Position numbers and translations under genes: made by a program. The notes below the pieces were generated by a model that was given only the letters and a program-made list of their open reading frames with translations, did no database searches and was not told where the DNA came from. From an uncultured Acidimicrobiales bacterium (GTDB taxonomy: Bacteria > Actinomycetota > Acidimicrobiia > Acidimicrobiales > UBA10347), in the NCBI GenBank assembly GCA_963925805.1, contig CAWUSE010000013.1:1495-65494 (forward strand): 64,000 bases of DNA, read 5' to 3'. Of this stretch, positions 27,815-36,396 are shown one piece after another. Every line of letters starts with the position of its first letter. The first letter of the stretch is position 1.

Positions 27815-28241
27815 GTGAAGTCTCCGACGATCACGGCTTGGTTGCCGATCAGCCCATGCCGCAGGCCTGGCGAGTGCTCCTTGGCCCCGCTGGACCCGAC
27901 CGAAACGTTCGCCAACGCCGTGCAAAACAAAATCCGCCGAGTTGTCGTCGACGCCAAGGGTGTCATCATTGACATCGACACCGCCAGAGCCTTCACCGGT
28001 ATGGCACGAGACGCCGTACCGATCAACGGCCGCGAGTGTTGCTGGCCGGGCTGTTCGGTCCCCACCTCAAGATAGGAGACCGATCATCTGCACGATCACG
28101 CCAAAGACGACAGAACCAACCCGGGAGCGGGGACCGAGATGCGGCAGACATAATCGATGGAAACAAAAGGGCTACAAAGTCTGGCGAGACGCACCCGGCC
28201 AGAACCGTGTTCACCGACCTGACGGCACCGAGATTGCATGA
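27815..28241 (+). pseudogene. decayed HNH endonuclease (DUF222-type) C-terminal fragment
   Basis: ORF 27815..28075 encodes ...RRVVVDAKGVIIDIDTARAFTGMARDAVPINGRECCWPGCSVPTSR*. After a +1 frameshift, ORF 27942..28241 encodes ...PIICTITPKTTEPTRERGPRCGRHNRWKQKGYKVWRDAPG..HRPDGTEI. The pattern C-x-WPGC ... CGRHNRWK ... W(R)D..G is that of actinobacterial DUF222/HNH proteins. The D-H catalytic pair is replaced (C-T) and the N-terminal two thirds are absent. Confidence 0.6.
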
Positions 28242-28426
28242 AGTGACCCGGCAGGTCAGCCGCGCCTGCCAGCACAACCTCTTCGCTCGTCGGGCGATAG
28301 GAGAACAACTGGTCACCGATCGCAGGCAGAGCCCTAACCGAAACCCACAGAATCACGAAACGCACAAAATCGAGTGGCTTCAATCTGCCTAGTGGATAAG
28401 GTTTCGACTCGGCAATAACAACGCCT

Positions 28427-28502
28427 GCTCCCTTAGCTCAGTCGGTAGAGCGCTTCCATGGTAAGGAAGAGGTCAAGAGTTCAACTCTCTTAGGGAGCTC
28501 CA
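28427..28502 (+). tRNA. tRNA-Thr (anticodon GGT), CCA encoded
   Basis: GCTCCCTTAGCTCAGTCGGTAGAGCGCTTCCATGGTAAGGAAGAGGTCAAGAGTTCAACTCTCTTAGGGAGCTCCA forms a perfect cloverleaf with anticodon loop ATGGTAA. Confidence 0.95.
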
Positions 28503-28573
28503 CCGGTTTCGATACGTCTAGCAATGTTTCAGTATGTAGTTACTGAGCCATGGCTGACGTTGAAGCTTTCCGG

Positions 28574-28647
28574 GGCGCCATAGCTCAGCTGGTGAGAGCG
28601 CTCGACTCATAATCGAGAGGTCGACAGTTCAAATCTGTCTGGCGCTA
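28574..28647 (+). tRNA. tRNA with CAT anticodon (elongator Met; lysidine-modified Ile2 cannot be excluded)
   Basis: GGCGCCATAGCTCAGCTGGTGAGAGCGCTCGACTCATAATCGAGAGGTCGACAGTTCAAATCTGTCTGGCGCTA folds as a cloverleaf with a G1-U72 wobble and anticodon loop CTCATAA. The anticodon stem CTCGA/TCGAG lacks the three G-C pairs of initiator tRNA. Confidence 0.9.
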
Positions 28648-28784
28648 CAACTTTATGCAAATCTGCCCAGCGGGACCCGGTCGGGTCACGCTTGGGCGGA
28701 AGTGCATGCTCACCGCACGGTGACCCGCACGATGACCAGTGCTTGCGGCAGAAAAGTCCTTGGCGACTTGTATGCCGCTAAGGC

Positions 28785-29459
28785 ATGACGTCTGCATGGC
28801 CTATAGAGTCTGGTGCAGTGGAAGATGACCTCAAAGAGCTGATCGCCAAAGCCAAACAAGGCGACCGTTCTGCGTTTGATGAACTGGTCAAGGCCACTTA
28901 CCATAAGGTGCACGGTCTTGCACTTCGACTAACGGGCAATGAACACGATGCTGACGATGTTGTGCAAGACACCTATGTGCGGGCTTTCCGTAGCCTGCAG
29001 AAGTTCCGCGGTGATGCCCGGTTCTCTACGTGGCTACATCGGATAACCGCCAATAGCGCATCTACATTTATGGGTCGCCGTCAGCGCGATTCGCGCCACG
29101 ATGACATCGACGGCGTGATCGACCTAGCTGATCACCGTCAAGCCAATGACCCCGAGTTCGCTCTTCAGAATGGCGCTGTTGGTCAGCGGCTTCGACGAGC
29201 GTTGGACAATCTTCCCGAACGGCTCCGCAATGTCGTCGTGCTGCGCGATGTGCATGGCCTGAGTCATCGCGAAATTGCGCAGGAACTTGACATCAGCGAA
29301 GCCGCCGCCAAAGTGCGGCTGCATCGGGCTAGAGCGCGCCTGCGCGATGGCCTGGCCGCATGGCGACCCACACGTGCGTCCGCTCCCGACGAGCCCGCTG
29401 ATGACACGGTCTTCGACGCTGACGTGATAGATATCGAAGCTCACCGCAGCGCAAGCTGA
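28785..29459 (+). CDS. sigma-70 family RNA polymerase sigma factor (ECF / group 4 size)
   Basis: 224 aa. Region 2 DADDVVQDTYVRAF; region 4 HTH LSHREIAQELDISEAAAKVRLHRAR. The start is ambiguous between ATG 28785 and in-frame GTG 28818. No intact anti-sigma ORF lies downstream. Confidence 0.85.
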   Translation: MTSAWPIESGAVEDDLKELIAKAKQGDRSAFDELVKATYHKVHGLALRLTGNEHDADDVVQDTYVRAFRSLQKFRGDARFSTWLHRITANSASTFMGRRQRDSRHDDIDGVIDLADHRQANDPEFALQNGAVGQRLRRALDNLPERLRNVVVLRDVHGLSHREIAQELDISEAAAKVRLHRARARLRDGLAAWRPTRASAPDEPADDTVFDADVIDIEAHRSAS

Positions 29460-29731
29460 GGTCTCGATAGCGGCGATACTTCGATCGTTGTCCATTCGGC
29501 TGTGCGACGCACGCCGATATCGACGGCTGTCAACTGACCGCAACGGTTCCCTAGACCAGTCTTTGCGAGGCCGCCTTCGCCCAGGAAGAACGCATCAATG
29601 CTGGTGATGCACTGCTGATTGTCCGCTACACCTTGGGGCTTGATCTGGTTGGTCTCTGCCCGGAATGACCGGGTGATCAGAACCGACGTGGCGATTGGTG
29701 GACAGAGAGATAGTGTGACGTGTCAAGTTGA

Positions 29732-29805
29732 AGGGCCGTGGCTCAACTGGCTAGAGCACCGGTCTCCAAAACCGGAGGTTGTGGGTTCGATCCCCACCGG
29801 CCCTG
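29732..29805 (+). tRNA. tRNA-Trp (anticodon CCA)
   Basis: AGGGCCGTGGCTCAACTGGCTAGAGCACCGGTCTCCAAAACCGGAGGTTGTGGGTTCGATCCCCACCGGCCCTG has anticodon loop CTCCAAA and occupies the classic position immediately upstream of secE. Confidence 0.95.
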
Positions 29806-29847
29806 CAAACTTGCAAGTACCCACACCCAACAAAGGTCCCAAAGACC

Positions 29848-30156
29848 ATGTCTGATACGACTGGATTGAATCGACAGACCCGCCGCTTCGCCCAGAAGCA
29901 GGGCCTCCTCGATGACGACGGCGAACCCGTACGTCAGAAGCGAGAACCACGAGCTGGTTCGAACGAACCGCGTACGCCGCCCGCCCAGTTCTTCCGCGAG
30001 GTGCGGAAGGAACTCAAGCTTGTTTCTTGGCCAAGCCGTGACGAGGTAATCAACTATTCGTTGGTTGTCTTTACCCTGCTGCTGTTTTTCACCGCCTTGG
30101 TGGCCAGCCTCGACTTCGGTCTTGGCGAAGCAATTGTGAAACTCTTTGAACGATGA
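29848..30156 (+). CDS. secE: preprotein translocase subunit SecE
   Basis: Track ORF trimmed to ATG 29848, because the upstream part overlaps tRNA-Trp. FFREVRKELKLVSWPSRDEVINYSLVVFTLLLFFTALVASLDFGL is the conserved SecE TM segment. Position is tRNA-Trp/secE/nusG. Confidence 0.85.
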   Translation: MSDTTGLNRQTRRFAQKQGLLDDDGEPVRQKREPRAGSNEPRTPPAQFFREVRKELKLVSWPSRDEVINYSLVVFTLLLFFTALVASLDFGLGEAIVKLFER

Positions 30157-30908
30157 GTGATGTGAACGAAGCAACCCCAGCCGACGAGAACCCAGCGGAA
30201 CAAGTTCCTGCCGCTGCCACCACCGCAGATGAGCGCGTTGAGACCGCTAGTGATACGCCGGTCCTTGACGAAGATGCGCTGATCTACGAAAAGGTCGAAG
30301 CGGTCGATGGCGAGGGCGAAATCGTCGCCGCTCCCAAGGCAATCAGCCCGTATGACCGCCCCGGTAAGTGGTACGTCGTTCATACGCAGTCGGGTTACGA
30401 GAAGAAAGTCAAACAAAACCTCGAAGCTCGAACCGCCAGCATGAACATGGATGGCCGCATCCACGAAGTCGTCATTCCAATGGAAGACGTCGTCGAGTTC
30501 CGCCAGGGCAAAAAGGTCGTTGTCCAGAAGAAGATGTTCCCGGGCTACCTGCTCGTGCGCTGTCGCCTCGACGATGACTCCTGGTTCGTGATCCGGAACA
30601 CGCCTGGCGTAACTGGTTTCGTCGGCCAAGGTTCCAAGCCGTCACCGTTGCCACGCCGCGAAGTCGAGACGTTCTTGCAGATCAAGAGCGACGAAGACGC
30701 CGCAACCTCAGCTGGCCAGAAGAAGACTCGCACCCGAAAGCTCTACGAAATGGGCGAAACGGTTCGAGTCAAGGAAGGTCCCTTCGCCGACTTCAGCGGC
30801 GAAGTCATCGAGCTCAACGAAGATCAGCTCAAGGTCAAGGTGTTGGTTAACATCTTCGGCCGTGAAACACCCGTCGAACTCGAATTTGCGCAGGTCGCGA
30901 AGCTCTAA
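30153..30908 (+). CDS. nusG: transcription termination/antitermination factor NusG (with acidic N-terminal extension)
   Basis: 251 aa. NGN domain WYVVHTQSGYEKKVKQNLE; KOW motif GETVRVKEGPFADFSGEV. ATGA overlap with secE. Confidence 0.95.
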   Translation: MSDVNEATPADENPAEQVPAAATTADERVETASDTPVLDEDALIYEKVEAVDGEGEIVAAPKAISPYDRPGKWYVVHTQSGYEKKVKQNLEARTASMNMDGRIHEVVIPMEDVVEFRQGKKVVVQKKMFPGYLLVRCRLDDDSWFVIRNTPGVTGFVGQGSKPSPLPRREVETFLQIKSDEDAATSAGQKKTRTRKLYEMGETVRVKEGPFADFSGEVIELNEDQLKVKVLVNIFGRETPVELEFAQVAKL

Positions 30909-31098
30909 TAACGCACTAATAATGAGCAGTGTGCCAGCCACCTGTTCGTTATCCCAAAGTACCTTTACCGCAACGCAGGTTGTTCGGCTGTCTATTCGAC
31001 GGCACACTTTCCTGTCGCTGTTGGTAAAAACCGACACCAATCGCCCAACTCCAATCGGAGCAGCTCCCGAGCTGTGCCACGAGAAGTAGTAGAAAACC

Positions 31099-31524
31099 AT
31101 GGCTAAGAAGAAAATCGCCGCACTCGTAAAGATCCAGATCCCCGCCGGCGAGGCATCGCCAGCGCCGCCGGTCGGTACCGCACTCGGTCCGCACGGTGTC
31201 CAGATTATGGACTTCTGCAAGGCGTATAACGCCCGAACCGAAGGCCAGCGCGGTCAAATCGTGCCAGTCGAGATCACGGTGTTCGAAGACCGGACGTTCA
31301 CGTTCGTAACGAAGACACCACCGACAGCATTCTTGTTACGCAAGGCCGCTGGCCTTGACAAGGCAGCACACGAGCCTGGCCGTGAAGAAGCTGGCACCGT
31401 TACTGGCGCTCAGGTCACCGAGATCGCAGAGATCAAGCTGCCAGACCTGAACACCCTCGACATCGAGCAAGCCAAGCTGCAGGTCGAAGGCACCGCACGT
31501 TCCATGGGTCTGCGCGTCGTCTGA
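31099..31524 (+). CDS. rplK: 50S ribosomal protein L11
   Basis: 141 aa. [44 protein letters not shown]. Confidence 0.97.
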   Translation: MAKKKIAALVKIQIPAGEASPAPPVGTALGPHGVQIMDFCKAYNARTEGQRGQIVPVEITVFEDRTFTFVTKTPPTAFLLRKAAGLDKAAHEPGREEAGTVTGAQVTEIAEIKLPDLNTLDIEQAKLQVEGTARSMGLRVV

Positions 31525-31682
31525 TCGCTGCGGCTGGCCGCTTGTGTGGACGGCTGCTGATTAGCTGAGAGCGCGTCAGTGCTCATAGCGAAAGCAATAA
31601 CGAAGTATTACTAGCACTACCAACGCACTGGGACCACCTCGCCCAGGCGCTCTGGCACAACCGAGGGACCGAAAGGGAAACC

Positions 31683-32366
31683 ATGGCTGGTAAACGATAC
31701 GAGGACGCGGTAAAGCGTTACGACCGAGAGCATCTCCACTCTGCGGACGAAGCCATCGAGCTCGTCAAGAGCCTGGCTACTGCCAAGTTTGATGAGTCGA
31801 TCGAACTAATCTTGCGATTGGGTATCGACCCTCGAAAGACCGAAGAAGCCCTCCGCGGCACTGTCGCGCTGCCTTCGGGTACTGGTCGCGTTGTGCGAAT
31901 CGCCGTGTTTGCCCAAGGTGAAGCTGCAATCGCAGCTCGTGAAGCCGGCGCCGATCTTGTTGGTGCTGACGACTTGGCTGAGCAGATCGAAGGCGGCATG
32001 CTCGATTTCGACGTCGCTATTGCTACGCCAGACATGATGCCGACCGTTGGTAAGTTGGGCCGTGCGCTCGGTCCTCGTGGCCTTATGCCGAACCCCAAGA
32101 CCGGCACGGTCACCATGGATGTCGCCAAGGCAGTTAATGAATTCAAGGGAGGCCGTGTTGAATACCGTGCTGACCGCTTCGCCAACGTTGCTGTGCCAAT
32201 TGGCAAGGTCAGCTTCAGCTCTGAAGATTTGGCAACGAACTTAAATGCCGTAATCGACGAAATCATCCGAGTTAAGCCAGCCACCGCCAAGGGGCGCTAC
32301 ATCAAGAAAGTCGGCCTCGCGTCGACCATGGGTCCGGGCGTGAAGGTCGACCACAGCGCGTTCTAA
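31683..32366 (+). CDS. rplA: 50S ribosomal protein L1
   Basis: 227 aa with typical L1 sequence (...RLGIDPRKTEEALRGTVALPSGTG..., GPRGLMPNPKTGTVT). Confidence 0.97.
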   Translation: MAGKRYEDAVKRYDREHLHSADEAIELVKSLATAKFDESIELILRLGIDPRKTEEALRGTVALPSGTGRVVRIAVFAQGEAAIAAREAGADLVGADDLAEQIEGGMLDFDVAIATPDMMPTVGKLGRALGPRGLMPNPKTGTVTMDVAKAVNEFKGGRVEYRADRFANVAVPIGKVSFSSEDLATNLNAVIDEIIRVKPATAKGRYIKKVGLASTMGPGVKVDHSAF

Positions 32367-32606
32367 GCATAGTCCGGGCAAGTCTTCTGAGTTTGCGGGG
32401 TGGGGAGTCGTCCTCGCCCCGCTAGTCTCAGCAACTGACAATTTCATCGTCACCAAAGACATCGGGTGCTCGTACGAGCGTAAGAACCAGACGGTTCACC
32501 AGACGAGGGGACAACCGCTCAATTGAGCGTGTTGCACCGGTCCTTGATGACCCTGCACACGCTCATCATTCGTTTTTCGCACGAGTAACCCGCCAGAGAG
32601 GCGCAC

Positions 32607-33359
32607 ATGGATAACCCAAATCCAGCCAAGGTCGCAAAGGTCGACGAGATCGCCACCAAGCTCGAAACTGCTGGCACTGTCGTCGTCACGGAATACCGTG
32701 GTCTCGATGTTCCTGCTCAAGCTCAGCTCCGCGCTGCAGTGAAGGACGCAGGCGGCGAATTCAAGATCTACAAAAACACGTTGACCAAGCTCGCCGCTGA
32801 ACGCACCGGTGTGGCGCTTGGAGAACACCTCGCAGGCCCAACTGCGTTGGCCTTCGCCTATGCCCCCGAGGGCGGCCAGGCAGACCCTGTCTCGTTGTCA
32901 AAGGCACTCACCGAGTTCCAGAAGACCAACGATGCATTGGTGATCAAGGGCGGTGTCATGGACGGCGCCGTTATTGGCCCCGACGACGTGACCGCACTAT
33001 CCAAGGTGCCACCTCGCGAAGAGATGCTCGCCATGTTTGCTGGCCTCTTGCAGGCCCCTATGTCACGCTTCGCTGGCTTGCTCAACGCAATGCCCACCAA
33101 GCTCGCACAACTCATGCAGGCTCTCATCGAAAAGGGCGGCGCAGGCGTCGCATCCGAAGAAGTCCAAGCTGCTGAAGAAGCGCCAGCTGAAGAGGCACCT
33201 GCTGAAGAAGTAGCTGCCGACGAAACCGACGCAGCTCCGGCTGCTAAGGAAGATGCCGTAGAACCAGAGTCAACTGACTCTGATGACGCTGCCGCATCTG
33301 ACCAGACCGAAGAGTCAGCAGCAGCTGACTCCGAAGACACCAACGATAAGGAGGACTGA
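32607..33359 (+). CDS. rplJ: 50S ribosomal protein L10 with ~70-aa acidic C-terminal extension
   Basis: 250 aa. The L10 core is ...[35 protein letters not shown]... The tail is [25 protein letters not shown]...SEDTNDKED. Confidence 0.95.
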   Translation: MDNPNPAKVAKVDEIATKLETAGTVVVTEYRGLDVPAQAQLRAAVKDAGGEFKIYKNTLTKLAAERTGVALGEHLAGPTALAFAYAPEGGQADPVSLSKALTEFQKTNDALVIKGGVMDGAVIGPDDVTALSKVPPREEMLAMFAGLLQAPMSRFAGLLNAMPTKLAQLMQALIEKGGAGVASEEVQAAEEAPAEEAPAEEVAADETDAAPAAKEDAVEPESTDSDDAAASDQTEESAAADSEDTNDKED

Positions 33360-33361
33360 TT

Positions 33362-33733
33362 ATGTCCGCTGTTGAAGACGTCCTAACGACCATTGAGGGC
33401 ATGACTGTCCTCGAGCTGAGCGAACTGCTCAAGGCATTCGAAGAGAAGTTCGATGTCACTGCAGCAGCTCCAGTTGCGGCCGCTGCTCCTGCAGCAGGTC
33501 CTGCCGAGGCTGAAGACGAGCAGACAGAGTTTGATGTCATTCTGATCGCCGAAGGCGCAAAGAAGATTGCTGTCATCAAGGAAGTCCGTGCCATTACCGG
33601 TCTCGGTCTGAAAGATGCCAAGGAACTCGTCGAAGCTGCTCCTAAGGCTGTCCTCGAAGGCGCCAACAAGGAAGACGCTGAAAAGGCAAAGGCTGCTCTC
33701 GAAGAAGCCGGCGCTCAGGTCGACCTTAAGTGA
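33362..33733 (+). CDS. rplL: 50S ribosomal protein L7/L12
   Basis: 123 aa. Ala-rich hinge and C-terminal domain [24 protein letters not shown]. Confidence 0.97.
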   Translation: MSAVEDVLTTIEGMTVLELSELLKAFEEKFDVTAAAPVAAAAPAAGPAEAEDEQTEFDVILIAEGAKKIAVIKEVRAITGLGLKDAKELVEAAPKAVLEGANKEDAEKAKAALEEAGAQVDLK

Positions 33734-33741
33734 TCTGTCGG

Positions 33742-33792
33742 CCCGGTCGTGCACCCATTCTTGGGATCGCACGGCCGGGTCGAATTTCGTTT
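33742..33792 (+). terminator. intrinsic terminator candidate after rplL
   Basis: CCCGGTCGTGC ... GCACGGCCGGG form an 11-bp stem with one G-U (33742-33752 / 33769-33779) and an inner CCC/GGG pairing. T-rich TCGAATTTCGTTT follows. Confidence 0.55.
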
Positions 33793-33884
33793 CCACCCCA
33801 CCTCGCTTCCTTCGCGTTTCTGAGTCTCTGCTCTTCGTGAGCAACGGTTCAGAAAGGTGAAGGACAACCCCGAAAGACGTTTCC

Positions 33885-34259
33885 ATGAAGCCTGAAATTC
33901 ATCCTGCGTACCGCGATGTAGTGTTCCTGGACACCCAGAACGGCACCAGCTTCATCACCCGCTCGACAATCAAGACCCAAGAGATGACTGACGTCGAAGG
34001 TGTCGAGTACCCGTTGGCCAAGGTCGAGATCTCGGCTGCTAGCCACCCGTTCTACACCGGCACGATGACCATCATCGATACCGCTGGCCGTGTTGAGCGC
34101 TTCGAGAAGCGTTATGGCCGCCGCAAGCAAAAGGCCGGCGCAGCTGAAGAGGCACCAGTTGCCGACGAAGCCCCAGTGCTAGCCGAGGCACCAGCTGCTG
34201 AAGAGGCACCAGTCGAGGCTCCAGCCGAGGACACTGTTGCCAGCGAAGAAGAAGAATAG
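33885..34259 (+). CDS. rpmE: 50S ribosomal protein L31, type B (no Cys zinc motif), with acidic C-terminal extension
   Basis: 124 aa. MKPEIHPAYRDVVFLDTQNGTSFITRSTI...SHPFYTGT...IDTAGRVERFEKRYG lacks the CxxC of type A. The tail is AAEEAPVADEAPVLAEAPAAEEAPVEAPAEDTVASEEEE. Confidence 0.9.
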   Translation: MKPEIHPAYRDVVFLDTQNGTSFITRSTIKTQEMTDVEGVEYPLAKVEISAASHPFYTGTMTIIDTAGRVERFEKRYGRRKQKAGAAEEAPVADEAPVLAEAPAAEEAPVEAPAEDTVASEEEE

Positions 34260-34354
34260 TCCGCCTCGTGTCGCGACGGCTGTGCATCGCACGCCGCTTG
34301 CGATCCTGGAAGGTTTTGGGCGGGAGCTCTTGCCCGTCCGTGGTCTGACTCCAC

Positions 34355-35338
34355 ATGGCACTTTCTCAAGAACAGCGCTCTGGTCTGTGGCAGGCCAAAT
34401 TACGCAGCATCGCTCGTGACCATTTCGGTCGAGACGGTGGAGTGGGATATGCCGTGCCTTGGGGAGCCGCAATCGAGACAGACGGCGCATGGACAGCGTC
34501 GCTCGAGGTTGCGCCTGAGCGCTCTTTCGGCCAAGCGCTGGTTCTCGCAGCTCGGCACAATGCAACTTCGCTAGATCTTGTGGTTGAAGAGAACCCCGGC
34601 GCAGTTGCTCGCCGAGCCAGCCTCTTCAAGCCATCGCCGTCCGTCTGGCGTATCCAGGGAAAGACTCTGACACCGGCTGAGCCGGAAATAACAGCGCCTA
34701 TTGAGCCGGCCGATCTAGAGCCGCACATCCAAGCGCTACTCACTCTCGATGATGTCGACATCATCGTCGAGCATGGAGCCATCATCGGCGAGTGTCTGGG
34801 CCTCGAGGTTGCTCGAGTTACCGGCGCTGGAGCCGAACAGCGACTGGACGTGGGGGTCGGGGCGTATGACCAGGGCGCGTTCGCTGTGATCAATCCCGGT
34901 ATGACTCCGGTCGAATCGCTCGCCGAAGTGGTGACCCAGGTTCTGACACACCGCCGCTCCGATGCCCTGACTCACCCAATTAATCGGTTGGTCCGCGAGC
35001 GTTGGGTTCGCTGCGTGCTCCTGGCTGATCCCGCAGCGGTTGGCCTCACCCACCTCGAGATAGTTGAGCCCATGCAACAACGCTCTGGTATCAAGGACAT
35101 CGCTGCCGCCTCGGCTCTGGGAAAGACGGCGACCGGCGAGCTTGTCTTGGTGGCATGCACGGTTGGCATTGATTTGGACGCTGTTCCGGCGGCCGTCGAC
35201 CTTGCCGAACGGCATCAGACAGACCGGATCCTGATGGTCATGCCGGACCGAGACCGGCATGCAGTCGTTCAGGCAGTCGCTGCCCGGTCGCGTCGTCCCA
35301 TTGGATTTGCAACAGCACCCGAACCATGGCCAAGCTGA
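34355..35338 (+). CDS. hypothetical protein
   Basis: 327-aa ORF of uniform coding appearance with no motif I recognise. It sits between rpmE and the prfA cluster. Confidence 0.6.
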   Translation: MALSQEQRSGLWQAKLRSIARDHFGRDGGVGYAVPWGAAIETDGAWTASLEVAPERSFGQALVLAARHNATSLDLVVEENPGAVARRASLFKPSPSVWRIQGKTLTPAEPEITAPIEPADLEPHIQALLTLDDVDIIVEHGAIIGECLGLEVARVTGAGAEQRLDVGVGAYDQGAFAVINPGMTPVESLAEVVTQVLTHRRSDALTHPINRLVRERWVRCVLLADPAAVGLTHLEIVEPMQQRSGIKDIAAASALGKTATGELVLVACTVGIDLDAVPAAVDLAERHQTDRILMVMPDRDRHAVVQAVAARSRRPIGFATAPEPWPS

Positions 35339-35393
35339 TCCATGAGGCCCCACTCGGACGACGTTCGTCGCACATGTTCCAACCTGATGGTGG

Positions 35394-35926
35394 TTACTCG
35401 ATGGTCGGTGCCCGGTAGAGCACGACTTGCTCGACAAAGCTAACCAACGCTGAATCGTCGCTAGGCATGAACCACGCAGCTAGGACAACCTCGACCGATC
35501 CCATGTTGGCGGAGCGAAGGACCGGGGGATCGGAGACGGTTTCGCTATGGCCCCCAATAGCGCAGGTCTGGACAGCGATTCGCTCGTCCGAAAACGGTTC
35601 GCTGCGGAGTTGGTGGGTGCAGGCAACCCTGGGTCTTTTATCGCCAGGCGAACGGGTTCGGCGTTGACGTCGGGCTACGCGCTCATCTAGCGGGTTGTTT
35701 AGAGGGTGCACTACCGAAACGGTTCCTGCAGCTTCTCTTCAATCGTTGTGTCGAAGACCTCAAGCCACAGCATTGGGTGCATGAGTCGCAGCTCTTTTTT
35801 AGTCTCGACATAGCCAAACAGCGTCCTAGCACCCTTGCCCGGCGCAGACGAGAAAGCGGTGAGGGGGATCGTCGAGACGATCGCGGCAGGAGGCGAGGTT
35901 CGAACTCGGGATGGCATTTCACGCAA
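35394..35926 (-). pseudogene. possible decayed TetR-family regulator
   Basis: Minus-strand ORF 35711..35926 contains ...SSAPGKGARTLFGYVETKKELRL..., which resembles the TetR HTH consensus (AGVSKGTLYxYFxSKEEL). The frame then breaks, and ORF 35394..35711 continues in another frame. The assignment is weak. Confidence 0.3.
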
Positions 35927-36045
35927 TGATTGGTGCGAGTTTCCGAGTCCAGAAAACTGCGGATCAGTGTGTCGTCGACAGGCAGTGCGGTCTTTGCGAG
36001 CTAACTATGTGACGAATCCCGCCACACGTGCGACCGAATTTGATC

Positions 36046-36075
36046 GTCAAGCGGGTAGTTGTCAAGCGGGTAGTT
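36046..36075. repeat. 2 x 15-nt perfect tandem repeat upstream of prfA
   Basis: GTCAAGCGGGTAGTT occurs twice (36046-36060 and 36061-36075), followed by an AT-richer stretch (CACGTAAATTTAGCTGTCATTACTGTATTTG). Confidence 0.9.
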
Positions 36076-36396
36076 CACGTAAATTTAGCTGTCATTACTG
36101 TATTTGTCCGCCGTTGGCTCGACGGCCATCAGCCGGCGGCGCTGAGACAGCACCGTCCAGCATGTCAAGAGCGATAACCGCAACATCGATACCGTCGGTT
36201 TTACGGAGAATGTTGGGAGAATGTTGACCGCCGACTCTGCGTCGTTGTAACTACACCCTGAGAGCTTGACGGGATAGGTACGTGGCTACGAATTGGGGTT
36301 GGTAATGGTGAGACCGGTACAAGATTGGTTTTCACGAACTATCGAAGGGGCTAAGCCGGGTGCCGAAGGCACGAGGTGAGCCAGTAGCTTTGTCTG

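Noticed and set aside
28574-28647. Initiator tRNA-fMet
   Set aside because: The anticodon stem is CTCGA/TCGAG and lacks the three consecutive G-C pairs. The first acceptor pair is G-U rather than the C-A mismatch of bacterial initiators.
32367-32606. L10 (rplJ) leader / autoregulatory RNA
   Set aside because: The 240-nt spacer is the expected place and contains hairpins (for example GCGGGG...CCCCGC at about 32392-32420). However, I cannot verify the L10-leader consensus by eye, so it is not reported as a feature.
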